Shown: in pieces, positions 13,860-25,892 of the stretch
Numbering within the stretch: the first letter of the stretch is position 1
Layout of the letters: each line of letters begins with the position of its first letter
Origin: Eledone cirrhosa
Lineage: Eukaryota
Direction of reading: 5' to 3'
NCBI GenBank assembly: GCA_964016885.1
Contig: OZ024747.1
Coordinates: forward strand, 34,224,001 to 34,288,000
Length of the DNA stretch: 64,000 nt
Made by a program: the position numbers and the translations under genes
Notes under the pieces: model-generated
Database searches by the model: none
Seen by the model: the letters and a program-made list of their open reading frames with translations, nothing else
Told to the model about the DNA's origin: nothing

Positions 13860-14430
13860 TGTGTATTTTCGCAAATGAAAAGAACTCTTTGAGATTGAGC
13901 TTGATTTTCACAAAGGCACATTTATTCTCAACTGTTCTTTACTTATTGACGATGGACTTCGTGCATTGGAAGTTATCTTTTTTTATTCGAGCCGTGCGAT
14001 AGCCGTCAAATGTGTTGCTGTTGGCAGTATTTTAGTTTGGTGATATATTTTTGTTGTTATTTAAATTTTTCTGATAATAATTTTTCTCTTTTAGTGGGTT
14101 CTGCACTTAGCTTTGTCCTGGTTGGGTGTGTTTTGCACATATGTATGTGACAGTTTCTACAAATATATGCCAAGATGTTTTGATGGCGGTGGAGATGCGT
14201 GCATGTAGGACAGACCAGTCAACACGTTATAGCTCATTAGTGATTGCATTCCAGTTGGCCTTATAAAGATCCATGTTATCAAATGGGTGACATAGAAAGA
14301 GGTCGTTGAATTTAGCTTTCGGCTGGTGGAATCTCAGGTTACATAGAATCATGTCATGGTCTGATAGAAGGTTTCTTCCAACTGTAATATTGTGTATTGT
14401 ATCTTGTTGGTGCAAGGACAAGATGCGACA
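13860..14430 (-). mobile_element. Decayed LINE fragment (CR1/Jockey group), end of AP endonuclease plus linker
   Basis: Translation includes IHNITVGRNLLSDHDMILCNL (APE terminal SDH motif), LYKANWNAI, and downstream KIKLNLKEFFSFAK, resembling the IKxNPKxF linker motif. Confidence 0.6.
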
Positions 14431-15691
14431 AGAAAAGAAATACGCATCCATAAAACTCATACACATATCTGCTTTCATCTTGAAACCGCGGCTAGTAGGG
14501 AGTGAAATCTAAGTGTTTATATATATATATATTTATATATAATCACTCGAACTATGTCGATCGGGCCCGAATCTGGAATCAAAAGCTCACCAGACTTCCG
14601 ATATATATATATATATGTTTGTGTGTGTTTGTATACGTATTTATGTACATGCTTGTAAACGGAAGATTCTCTCTTACAGTGGCTGTTACTCAGCGTTGTA
14701 CGCTATATAAATTAGAATCATTCAAATAAACACGTAGATAATCATCAAACATAAATTAAAGTACAAATCTCAATTCATATGAAAAAGATTTATTTCTCAG
14801 TAAAGGAGATAGATTATTACGTAATCTGAAATCAATACGATATGTCAATGCAATCAACAAATTATATGTAGATGACATCGAATAGATTGGTGCAAACTCA
14901 AAGATATACAGATTAAGTTTTAGATATGGTAATGGTAAAGAGAAGCCAAGTATTGTGTACATTGTTAGGCTTCATTAAGAATACAACTGAGTTCAGAAAT
15001 TATAGGGTGTTGAATCTACTCAGAGACGTGGAGAGAGGGAGAGAGGGAGAGAGGGAGAGAGACAGAGAGAGAGACAGACAGACACGGAATAAGGATGGCT
15101 GACACTATTTCTTAACAATTGAAGCATCTGCATCGGTTTGTATCGCATGCGATTGTTCTGTATCCTGTGTGACATTCCTTTGTTAACACAACGGACTGTG
15201 AGTTTATTTCAATTTGCTGCTATTTCTAGTTTAGCATGTGGCAAATGTTCCCCCACGTTGATGTGCCTGCTGGAATGGAAGGACAATCTTGGCAAAAGTA
15301 TTTTGACTTCCTGTAATATGGAACTGGGTGTGATTTTATTGTAAGTATTGCTAACAAAATAATCTTTGTTGTGGAGTGCTAGGTAAACGAATTCCTCAAA
15401 TTTAGTAGAGTGTTATTTTATTAGCTTCAGACGACACAACTACAATTTAGATGGAAGGTGAGATTGAAGGGAAAATAACATCGCTTCATGAGTTAATTAG
15501 CGTCAGTTTTATCAAATCTTAACTTAAATGGGTACCACATTACAACGCAAATGTGTAATGAAAACATCAAGTTGGTCCGCCTCCCTGATTTTAGCTTGTA
15601 TTGCATTAGCAAAATAAACTTATTATTTAAGATGCTGTTTGATGATGTCACGTTGTTGGTTGCGTGATCGAAGTATCGCCATTGAAATATG

Positions 15692-15767
<76 letters not shown>

Positions 15768-15965
15768 TTAGGTTTGTTGGTTCACCACTGGATAGAACTG
15801 GTCATTCCGCATGGTCAATCCTGGTGTAATATTGTGAAGTGCAGTTCACCCATCTTCGTTTGTGTAGTTGGTGGTGCGAATACGGTGTTAATTATAAATA
15901 AAATAAATCAACAGGAGGCTGGACTGGTGTAAATCCTTGAAAGGTTTATTATACTATGATCATTT

Positions 15966-16010
15966 CAATGACCGGGTTTCATATGAATCCGGTGATATCA
16001 TCAGGTATTG
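15966..16010 (-). ncRNA. Minimal type I hammerhead-like motif
   Basis: CAAUAC-CUGAUGA-UAUCACCGGAUUCAUAU-GAAAC-CCG-GUC-AUUG. The core is canonical; stems I and II are weak. Confidence 0.55.
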
Positions 16011-16934
16011 GAAAGGAATATGTAAAAAACCATGGGTCCGAAAAATCAGAGACAGAGACAAAGACAAAGAGGACGACTGACCAACTAGCTGCCTTTACCT
16101 CGGCCAGTCTCCCTCAAAGTGGTGGCAACTGAATCTACTAATGAACATCTGGTGAGGGGACGAAGGCTTATAATGCACTACCACCTCTTCGTCAGAGAAA
16201 AAGGGTAAGAAAGAAAGGGAGAAAGAAGTCAGCGTAAGGGTCACACTACATTTTATCTAAAAAAAATGCTAATCAGAAGAATCTACAATGGGTGTCTGTA
16301 TGGTCTAATGTGTGAACCGAAGATTGGAACATTAAACTTATATTGCGAGTTATAGGATGAAATTAAGATATTAGGATGGGATATAGAGTAAAGATTTCGA
16401 TTGGGAGTCCGAAATCTTTACTCTATATCCCATCCTAATACCTTATCGAGATAATTTTTTTCATATAAGACTCTCTCCGTAAGTTCATTAAATAAATCTC
16501 GCTACCTTAACCTTTAATTTTCTAATAACTTATTTTTCAATTTATCATTTTGCAATTTAATATTTTTAATTTAATTTAATTTCATCCTATAACTCGCAAT
16601 ATAAGTTTAACGTTCCAATCTTCGGTTCACACATTAGACCATACAGACACCCATTATAGATTTTTTGGAGTAGCATTTTTTCGCGGCATTTTCTAGCATG
16701 AACGGAGTGTGACCCTTACGCTGACTTCTTTCTCCCTTTCTTTCTTTCCCTTTTTCATTGACGGTGAGGTGGTAGTGCATTATAAGCCTGCGTCCCCTCA
16801 CCAGATGTTCATTAGTAGATTCAGTTGCCACCACATTGAGGGCCACTGGCCGCGGTAAAGGCAGCTAGTTGATCAGTCGTCCTCTTTGTCTCTCTCTGAT
16901 TTTTCGGACCCATGGTTTTTTACATATTCCTTTC

Positions 16935-16979
16935 CAATACCTGATGATATCACCGGATTCATATGGAACCCGGTCATTG
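16935..16979 (+). ncRNA. Inverted partner hammerhead copy with GAAA mutated to GGAA
   Basis: CAAUAC-CUGAUGA-...-GGAAC-CCG-GUC-AUUG. Confidence 0.4.
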
Positions 16980-17039
16980 AAATGATCATAGTATAATAAA
17001 CCTTTCAAGGATTTACACCAGTCCAGCCTCCTGTTGTTT

Positions 17040-17081
<42 letters not shown>

Positions 17082-17083
<2 letters not shown>

Positions 17084-17510
17084 AAGGCGGGTAAAATTCC
17101 CGAGATCCATGGACGAGTTCTCTCCAGCGGTCTCTGTCCCTCATTATCGCTGCCATGTCCTGCGTCTCCAACAGACTAGTGTCTGTCCTTAGGGCATCAA
17201 CATACGTTAACCTTGGTCTTCCTCTTCTAGTGTGTCCATGTAGGGGTTCCCAAAGGAGTACTGAGTGCAATGTCAACTCTGGATGTCGGTGAGCATGTAC
17301 AGCTAACCTCAGTCTCCTCTGTGTCACTTTTGAGCTGACTTTTGGGATGCTCCCATACAGCTCTGAGTTTTTCATCCTCAGTGTAAACTGATTAATGTTC
17401 AGAGCCATCCTCAACATTCTCGTGTAGCACCCATCCACTATCTCTGGGTGAGTTTCTTGGTCAGTGTCCAAGTCTCAGACCCATACAGCAGCACAGACTC
17501 CACTACAGCA
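17082..17510 (-). mobile_element. RTE LINE 3' fragment ending in (TA)n
   Basis: AVVESVLLYGSETW (frameshifted)...DGCYTRMLRMALNI...RRLRLAVHAHRHPE...GRPRLTYVD. The stop codon runs directly into (TA)n. Confidence 0.9.
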
Positions 17511-17534
17511 ACTTTCCCCCTTCAAGGAGACACT

Positions 17535-17735
17535 ATAGTAATAATAATAAATTTGAAGACTAAAATCCAAAGAAGGCTCGATAAGGATAAATATATATCA
17601 AATATATAAGAACCGTAAAGCAAATATTTATTAAAATAACAGTTTAAAGTTTAAGCAAAGAATCGCTGCTTTCACCCTTAACAGGATGTTCTGAAACTGA
17701 AAGCAGCGATTCTTTGCTTAAACTTTAATCTGTTA

Positions 17736-17742
<7 letters not shown>
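17535..17742. mobile_element. Short inverted-repeat element family (other copies at 22433-22516, 45972-46170, 55970-56010, 56121-56185)
   Basis: ~55-bp inverted arms (ATTAAAATAACAG...GAATCGCTGCTTTCA) around a short spacer. Five related segments occur in the window, most next to (TA)n. Confidence 0.75.
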
Positions 17743-17825
<83 letters not shown>

Positions 17826-19014
17826 ATATATATATTCATATATATATATATAGTTTCATTGACAAGTATTCGTGTTTTTATTGTGTATCGACCAGTTACG
17901 CAAGTTTTCTATATATATATAAATGAAAATTTGAACAGTTCCAAAATGAAACAAATCCCTGAGAGACAGAAAGTTCTCATTCTGGAAGATGATACAAAAT
18001 CACAACAAAGCGGAGATATATGAAAAATGGCTTAACCCAACCTCTCTAACTCTCTCCCGTAAAATACAAATACAGTTCATTCCAAATGAACCCGAACCTC
18101 AAAGACACCTTAGGGAAAGAATGGCATTGGAAAAAATGAAGACAGAAATTGAACTTCTTAAATTGAGGGCCCAGACAAATGAGGAAAAATTCAAAACCAT
18201 CGATGAAGAGATCCTCCTTGAAATCTACAATAAGACTGAAGGCCCCAAGGTAGAGAAGATCTCTAAATTATGGAAAGGGGACTGCAACAGAGAAGAACTG
18301 AAATCCCTTCAACGCTTGGAAAAAAGTGCCGCTTGGTTCCTAAACTATGAATCGACTTTTTAAACGGATTACACCTCCAATAACCCGTTCATAAACATAG
18401 GAAAACCCATAACCTAACCGCACAACAACTTCGCAAACCCCCCAGCAACTAACAAAAGAAGAAGGAAGCACCACACCGAATATGAACTTCCCAACCTCGA
18501 TTCCATAAGAAGGAACCTAAACCCTAGAAATCATCACCCCCATAATGACATTTACAACTTTCCCCCTTCAAGGAGATACTATACCAATTCACTCAACTAC
18601 TACGCGGATGCCTCATCGTCAAACACAGGGAAAAGATACCACCACCATGATAGATGTAACAACTTCCCCGCTTCAAGGGGACAGCAAGGTAATTTCCATT
18701 TTCTCAACTCTCGTTTCCACAATACACAACAAACCCACACCACACGATACAACCAACAACGTAGGCCACCTATAACACCACAATCCAACATGGCACATAG
18801 AAACACACATCCATACTCGCAATACAGAAACACCCCATTCAATCTACAACCACAAACCCGAACCACATTTTACAACAACAAATAATATAACAAACAAAGG
18901 AGACCATTTAACATCAGCAGACTACCCCTCTACCCCAACCATTTTTTAGACACAGCACACAGATACAGGCAAACAAAATAACACAAGACAGGGAGGAGAA
19001 ACCGAGAGTAATAA

Positions 19015-21170
19015 AAATTATCAATCTAACTAGTGCAGAACCAACACCCAACCTTATCAACTTACTCTCCAAAGGTCTTAAATTCACACCGACCCCACTA
19101 CGTCCTAACTACTATGAAATGAAGGAAGACATCACAGACATCTGTAGAAAGTTACGACTCAGGGAAGAACTATTCGACCAGTACAATGAGGATGAATCAT
19201 TAGCCAACACTTGCACAGACAAAAACACAAGCCAAACCTCAACAAGAAAGAATGGGAAGAATTAAGTAGATTAAAAACAGACAGAACCATTACAATTAAA
19301 GAGGCTGATAAAGAGAGTACAGTAGTCCTAATGGAGACAGACTTCTATATCAACTTAGCGCTCTCCAATTTGGAAAACGAAACATACTACGAAAAGGCTG
19401 AACACTACAATCAACATAAAATTATGACAAACCTAAAAACTCTGATCAACCAATACAAAGAAGGACTCACTAACAAGGAATTCAGCTTCATCACACTCTT
19501 CAGAAGTAAATCCAGCCTTTTCTACGGTATCCCTAAAGTACATAAAAGCGAATTAATAAGTAAGGCATGCAAGGAAGCCACAGACATCAATGTCCCTCTC
19601 ACCCAATTATCTCAAATTAAGACCTATAATAGCAGGCCCTGCTTGCGAAACCCACCACCTTAGCAACTTCATTGATACCCTTCTCAAGCCTTTTCTCAAA
19701 CACATCAAATGCTATATAAGGGACGACCTAGCTATGCTCAATCACCTCCCTAATATGCCCCTTTCTGAACAAACACTACTAGTGACGTTCGATGTAGTCA
19801 ACCTATACTCCAACATCCCCCACAACCTAGGAATAGAAGCTATCCAATTCTGGCTGGATAATTACCACAATGAACTCCCACAAGGCATCAAAAAAGAATT
19901 CGTGATAGAAGGACTCAAATTTATCTTGGAGAACAATTACTGCGTTTTCAATAACAAATCCTACAAACAGAAATCTAGGACCGCTATGGGAACGAAAACA
20001 GCCCCACTTATGCCAACCTAGTCATGGGATACCCTGAAATCACCCTCTACACTAAAGTACTAAACACATTTGGAAACACTCTCCACTTACACAGAAAGGA
20101 ACTGGAAGCGATATCTAGATGACTGCTTCATCCTTTGGCACGAAAACATCGAGAAACCTAAAGAATTTCACACCCTTATGAATGGGCTCAACACGAATAT
20201 TAATTTTACGATGGAATACAGCCATCAACAACTCCCATTCCTCGACATCATCATTAAGATTCATAACACAAAAAATAGAAACAGGCATATACTACAAGCC
20301 CACAGTCTCCAAGCAATATCTTCCTTTCAACTCTTGCCACCCTAGACACGTTAAAATTAATATTCTCTACAACTTAGCCAAGAGAATCTGTATTATAGTC
20401 TCCAATAAAAACACCTGTTACTTACGGCTACAAGAACTAAAGTCACACTCATAGGCAGGGACTACCCTGCATCACTAATTGACAATGGAATCCAACGTGC
20501 CCTAAAACTCAGTACCCAGGACCTTAGACACCCTAAAGTAAATCAACCGAAACTAAAAGATCTTCCATACATTTCCACACTCAACCCCCTCAACAATGAG
20601 GCCTCTGACACCATCCTCCAGAACATCCCTGTGTTAAAAAAGGACCATAGAATGAACTAAATCCTTCGAACACACGATATCATAAAGAGCAAAAGACAAT
20701 CTAAGTCAATAAAAAACATCCTAACACATGCCAAAGTACTGCCAACCACAACAACGAAACCCACAGTAAAAAAATGCGATAGACCCAACTGTGGCATATG
20801 CATCAACCTAATAGAGAGTTCGGAATTCTATTTCAAAGAAGGACAACGTTTTATAGTAAAACACAATTTCACATGCGCATCAGAAAATCTAATATATGTA
20901 TTAACTTGCTCAGGTTGTCGATAACAATACATAGGCCAGACCAAAAACACCCTCCGCCAACGCATGACTGTCCATAGATCCCAAATTAAAATACGGGAAT
21001 ACAGGAAAATACCACTGAGTGAACACATTGATACCTGTGCCGTCCAAAATCATCCCATCTTCAGAATCTTTCCCCTCTACAAATTTAAAGATAATGCCAC
21101 CAACACCCAGCGCTCAGCAAGGAATCTCACTTTATTAACAAATACGGACCCCGTCTAAACATGTCTCCCT
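19015..21170 (+). pseudogene. PLE reverse transcriptase / GIY-YIG endonuclease pseudo-ORF
   Basis: ORF pieces 19211-19663, 19590-20021, 20070-20345, 20182-20454 and 20964-21158 join across frameshifts into RT motifs and the endonuclease. Confidence 0.9.
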
Positions 21171-21648
21171 AAGACGAACCCACAACATACACACGTCAAC
21201 ATACATACCTACATCAGCGTACATCTTACATACATCTCTATCCACATATAAACACAATGACATACGTAAACACACATGTTCTATGGTGCAACATAAATAT
21301 ACACACATTTGCATACCTTTTGATGTCTACAGATATAAACGTGCCGACACACAAACATACATATACGCACACATGCATTGCACACTGATGGGCACATACA
21401 TATTTGTACACAAGTATTCCAATACGGCAGGGCCTAATGGATTCCCCTTGCAGTACGTACAATATGGGCACTCACACACACCTTGGTGTTATGACAATAC
21501 TATATATCATTTCACACCTTTTATTATTAATGTTATTGATGTTCTCTTGAGAGAATCGTTTTTGCTGAAAATATCGAATAATGTACACCATTTTTACCAG
21601 TATCACAAAAATACTGCCCCCCCCCCACACATACACATACACACATAT

Positions 21649-21679
<31 letters not shown>

Positions 21680-22211
21680 TACACACGCGTACACAAACAT
21701 TCAAAGAGACACCCACAAACACACGTCTTTTAACATGTTAAAATATCCCCCACACACGTACAGACACATTCCTACTGACCGATCCCTCTACCACGAATTA
21801 CTCTGCTACACACACACACACACACTCTTAATAGGCACCTGAACTGTTGACCTGTCAACATGACTGCAATTCACACACACATCCCTACTGACAATTATCA
21901 CAACAATGAACCTCTTTACTACACACACACACACACACATATTTGTCTTAAAAGACTTATTTTTCAGTGACTTCTCAATCAGGCGAAAAATGACACTCTT
22001 CGACAACGCTACATTTGGCGCAAAATCAATTTTTAACATTCACGTGACCTCTACCGACCAATCAAAATTGTTTTGACCACAAGAATTTTGGCAACACGAA
22101 TTGGCGCGAAACTTTTAATACCTCGGGAGCCACATTTTTCACATAAAACAGGTAGAATTTCCAAAACTGATCAGATTAGAGCAAACCTCACGGGCGCTCT
22201 ATCTCAAAATT

Positions 22212-22250
22212 ATTTTTGAAAAGCATTAGAATTGCGCAACCGGTAAAAAT
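22212..22250 (+). ncRNA. Variant hammerhead-like motif in the PLE pLTR
   Basis: AUUU-UUGAAAA-GCAUUAGAAUUGC-GCAAC-CG-GUA-AAAAU, in sense orientation ~110 nt before the element's 3' end, where PLE hammerheads are expected. Confidence 0.55.
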
Positions 22251-22358
22251 GTATAACCCAAACTGAATACTAACCAATACTTATTACTAATTTTAACTTA
22301 TTCCTAATTAAACTATTTTTCACTGGGAACAATCTGTCAGCATTTTCTTTTCCTTTTA

Positions 22359-22410
<52 letters not shown>

Positions 22411-22526
22411 TATATATATATATATATATATATAGTAATAATAATAAATTTGAAGACTAAAATCCAAAGAGGGCTCGATAAGGATAAATATATATCAAAT
22501 ATATAAGAACCGTAGACCAAATTTTA

Positions 22527-22574
<48 letters not shown>

Positions 22575-22576
<2 letters not shown>

Positions 22577-22962
22577 GCAGATGGGATATTCAATTTATTG
22601 GTAATTCAACAAATATAAATGTCTATAACTGATTCAGAGCACTCGCCAGATTGTATGGAGTATAATATACAATGAAATATACACTATAACATACAGCTCC
22701 TGGTAGTGTTGTTTTTTCTCATAGGAACTGGAATCATATGATTCCAGTTCCTCAGAAGAATAACAACACAACCAGGAGCTGGACATATCGCTGTATTGAC
22801 GGAGTAAAACACACTTCAACAACATGTGAACCTGTCTTTCCCACACCAATTCGGACTCCCTGAAAAGGTAACAGCCAATGATGGCTGTCACCGAAACATA
22901 TATATAGCAGTATATCTATAATTTGTAATAAACGAAGCCACATTTTATGTATTTGACTTAAT

Positions 22963-22968
<6 letters not shown>
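22575..22968 (+). mobile_element. PLE-like non-autonomous element with fold-back palindrome and hammerhead (same family as 45020-45235)
   Basis: 22735-22960 matches the reverse complement of 45020-45234. Imperfect palindrome 22694-22781 with a perfect 30-bp core. (TA)n on both sides. Confidence 0.8.
22855..22911 (+). ncRNA. Type I hammerhead, mutated copy (CUGAAAA)
   Basis: ACUCC-CUGAAAA-GGUAACAGCCA[AUGA]UGGCUGUCACC-GAAA-CAUAUAUA-UA-GCAGU. It has G8A and a stem I mismatch relative to the 45061 copy. Confidence 0.6.
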
Positions 22969-23008
<40 letters not shown>

Positions 23009-23963
23009 GCGAAAAGAGCGTAACAAAGCAGTACACAATAACAAACATAAATACATGTAAAGGGAACATCATTGCTTTTCGTATTATATATAGATATCGG
23101 TGAAATAAATTCAGTGACTTTGAAATTGACTATTATTTGAATGCTAAATGTTATACTCGAAAAGTGAGCTGTATTGTTTGAAAACATCGACAACTACACT
23201 CAATGTTGTACTACTTTCCGGTTTATTGAAACATATACCTACATAATTACAGCAAAGTTAACTAATGTTATTTTTCGTATTATATTTATGCAAAAATTAA
23301 ACTCTATAGCAGACTGGTGATATCCTCTACTATTTATGCTTTGCTAATAAAATATTTCATGTTAAAGCTTTTTCATATAATGCATTATGCTTTTTGCATT
23401 CTGAAGCACCAAAAGAAATTGTGTATTCCCTTTTGACAAAACTAGTAATCTGCTACTTTAACCTACTACATATATATATTCATATTTCATTAGACATTCT
23501 TCAAAAATGTGAGCAGTCATATTGGATTTCGTTGTACATAAGGGAAATTCTGCAATTGAAAGGCTTGAATGTAACAAGATTAATCTACAAATAACGCCAG
23601 AGGAAGAAATATTATTAGATCTATTATAATTCCAATGAGATTTCTATATGTAAACAAATGTATTCACAGCTTTACTGGGTTCCCCGATAGATTTGCAGAA
23701 TGAGAAAATACATCAAAGAAATCGGAAATACTCTTCTAAGAATAATGTTTATATAATTTCTCACAAGATTGGAGCATTACGTAAACTGTACTATTAGATA
23801 TGAATTTGCTGCTGGGAGAGGTTTGCATATAATTCTCAATATGCATGTTACACATATATAACGTATAACTGGTCTTTCATAACACTATAATTTCATTTAG
23901 ATGTTCAGGTAACATGTATCAAATGATGTAAGAATGCTTAAATGTCATTAGAAAAACTAACAC

Positions 23964-24028
<65 letters not shown>

Positions 24029-25089
24029 TATGTGTATGTGTATGTGTCTATGTATATATACATGCATTCATACATACATATGTATGTATCGATGTATACA
24101 TAGATGCGTATACATATATTAAATATACATACTTTTGCGCGTGTTGCATCAACATTTAAAACCCTTATTTCTTTCTATATTCAATGATATAAACCTAGAT
24201 ATATAGTAATTAATGGTGAGCCGGCATTCAATTGGATTATTATTATTTTACTATTATTATAATTAGAAATAAACAAATTTTAGCAATGTACTAAAGAAAT
24301 CTGTGGGATATTGAACTAGGAAAAGGAACTTTACATAGAGAAAAAAATAGAAGTAAAACCAAAAATGTCACATTGATTGATGTATAGAAAGAAAGAAAAT
24401 TAAATACAAAAATCCTATAGATCTCTACAAACCAAGTTACCGTTCATTGAAGAAGTCTAGAAAATAACGTCATCCAAATAACTTGATGTAAAGAAATAAC
24501 TAAATAGATCAAAGCATCTTTTGAGGAAAATCATTGGATATGACAAAAAGGAAAAAGAATGCCAAGATCTATAACTTTATTAAATAGATGCTGAAAACCT
24601 TAATATAGCTTGCATAAAAGGTATTCTCATAAATAATGAATTCTGGCATGGAACTTTCTGTCGGTGACTGACATGTCTATATTGTTGCCAACTGTAAAAA
24701 TGCACTTGTTTGTTCACATAACTCATTAGCTGTTGGGGTATAAAATAAACTTTATGAACAATGGAAATGAGGCTTATAATATAGGTACCACATCTAAGTT
24801 AAATAGATATATCCAATGTGTTATTTATATTAAATGCTGTGGTTGTAGAGTGCTATAGATTTCTAGCAATTGGCATAGAGATGGGGTTTAAGGGCCCACG
24901 TTTTATTATATCTGCAGTAGTGTGAGTAGACTTTGCAATAAATGCACAAAGGTATATAACTTAATCTTTTAATATTTGCTAATAATAATAATAATACACC
25001 CGCTCCCCACACACACACGCGTGCGCGCACACATGCAAAGACTCCTTTATTAACGAAGTTGTGATACATATTTCAATGACGATCATGGC

Positions 25090-25360
25090 TACTTGATTGG
25101 TTCAATCACATAACAGGTCACGCGATATCATCAGAGCATCTTCATGTAATAAAGTTACGTTTCCATGGCAATCTAATCTAAGGACAAGGGAAATGACAGA
25201 AATGATGTTTTCATACCCGGAGTCCGTTTCCTTGTGAGCTTTAGTTCCACTCCACAGAATTGCTTAGGCCTAGAGGTGGACGACTGGCAGAGCATCTGTC
25301 TATCACTCATTCTCTGCCAGCAGCTAGGGCCACAGATACAAGCCTATCCCACATGTAAGT
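25090..25360 (+). promoter_or_regulatory. Candidate promoter and first non-coding exon: CCAAT box, RFX X-box-like motif, splice donor
   Basis: ATTGG at 25096-25100. GTTTCCATGGCAAT at 25159-25172 (X-box consensus GTTNCCATGGNAAC, last base differs). A less AT-rich unique stretch ends at CAT|GTAAGT (25355). Confidence 0.3.
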
Positions 25361-25711
25361 TCTAAGTGTTTGATCCTTTTTTAAATTAATTCACCCTTAT
25401 TGCTTTGATACGTAATATATAAAAATATGCATTTCGATGACGATTATTTAGTGCGATTTTTTTACGTCTAAATATTTCTTTAGTTATGGAATAAATGAGA
25501 ATAATCAACTTCGTATAATCAACAGCCCGGCATTTTATCTTTCTAGTAAATTATTCACATCGGTGCGAAATAGCCCCCTAGAATTACATTCTAGATTCCA
25601 CGATATATCCATGATATACCCTCTGTCAAAGTAAATTTTAAATATTTTTACTTTCATAACAGATGTAAAAAAAAATTCTGTTAAAATGTATGATAAATAA
25701 ATTAAAATAAT

Positions 25712-25892
25712 AATTGCTTCTACATTTGTCACACGGCCAGCAATTAACAAGTACATTACTGGTACTTTATTTTATCGACCCCGTAAGGATGAAAGGCAAA
25801 GTTAACATCGGCGGATTTGAACTCAGAATCGCAAGGGCCGTAACTCTATACGTCAAAGCATGGCGTCCGACCCTCTACCGATACTGCCAATC
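25712..25892 (-). mobile_element. tRNA-derived SINE
   Basis: Near-colinear with 56568-56751; A box TGGCAGTATCGG, B box GAGTTCAAATCC. Confidence 0.85.

Larger units (their letters stand above)
15893..17046. mobile_element. Fold-back PLE-like element with ~470-bp inverted arms, hammerheads and an internal perfect hairpin
   Basis: ~15895-16366 is the reverse complement of ~16576-17046. A 31-bp perfect hairpin lies at 16369-16440. (TA)n at the right end. Confidence 0.85.
17940..22363 (+). mobile_element. Near full-length decayed Penelope-like element, Neptune-type (RT + GIY-YIG endonuclease + pLTR)
   Basis: LLSKGLKFTPTP; ITIKEADK; FYGIPKVHK; LRPII; LVTFDVVNLYSNIP; TAMGT; WKRYLDDCF; LPFLD; SCHP. 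GIY-YIG region NLIYVLTCSGC.*QYIGQT with CxxC between GIY and YIG and an upstream CDRPNCGIC. Multiple frameshifts and stops. (TA)n at both ends. Confidence 0.92.

Noticed and set aside
13775-13860. Minus-strand GCACUGU...AUAGUGC-GAAAC-AAUAUU-GC hammerhead-like remnant
   Set aside because: Stem II and the palindrome look right, but the 5' core (AUUGUGA) and the NUH triplet are broken; single copy.
14550-14600. Minus-strand CUGGUGA-GCUU...GGGC near (TA)n
   Set aside because: Both core halves are non-canonical and there is no second copy.
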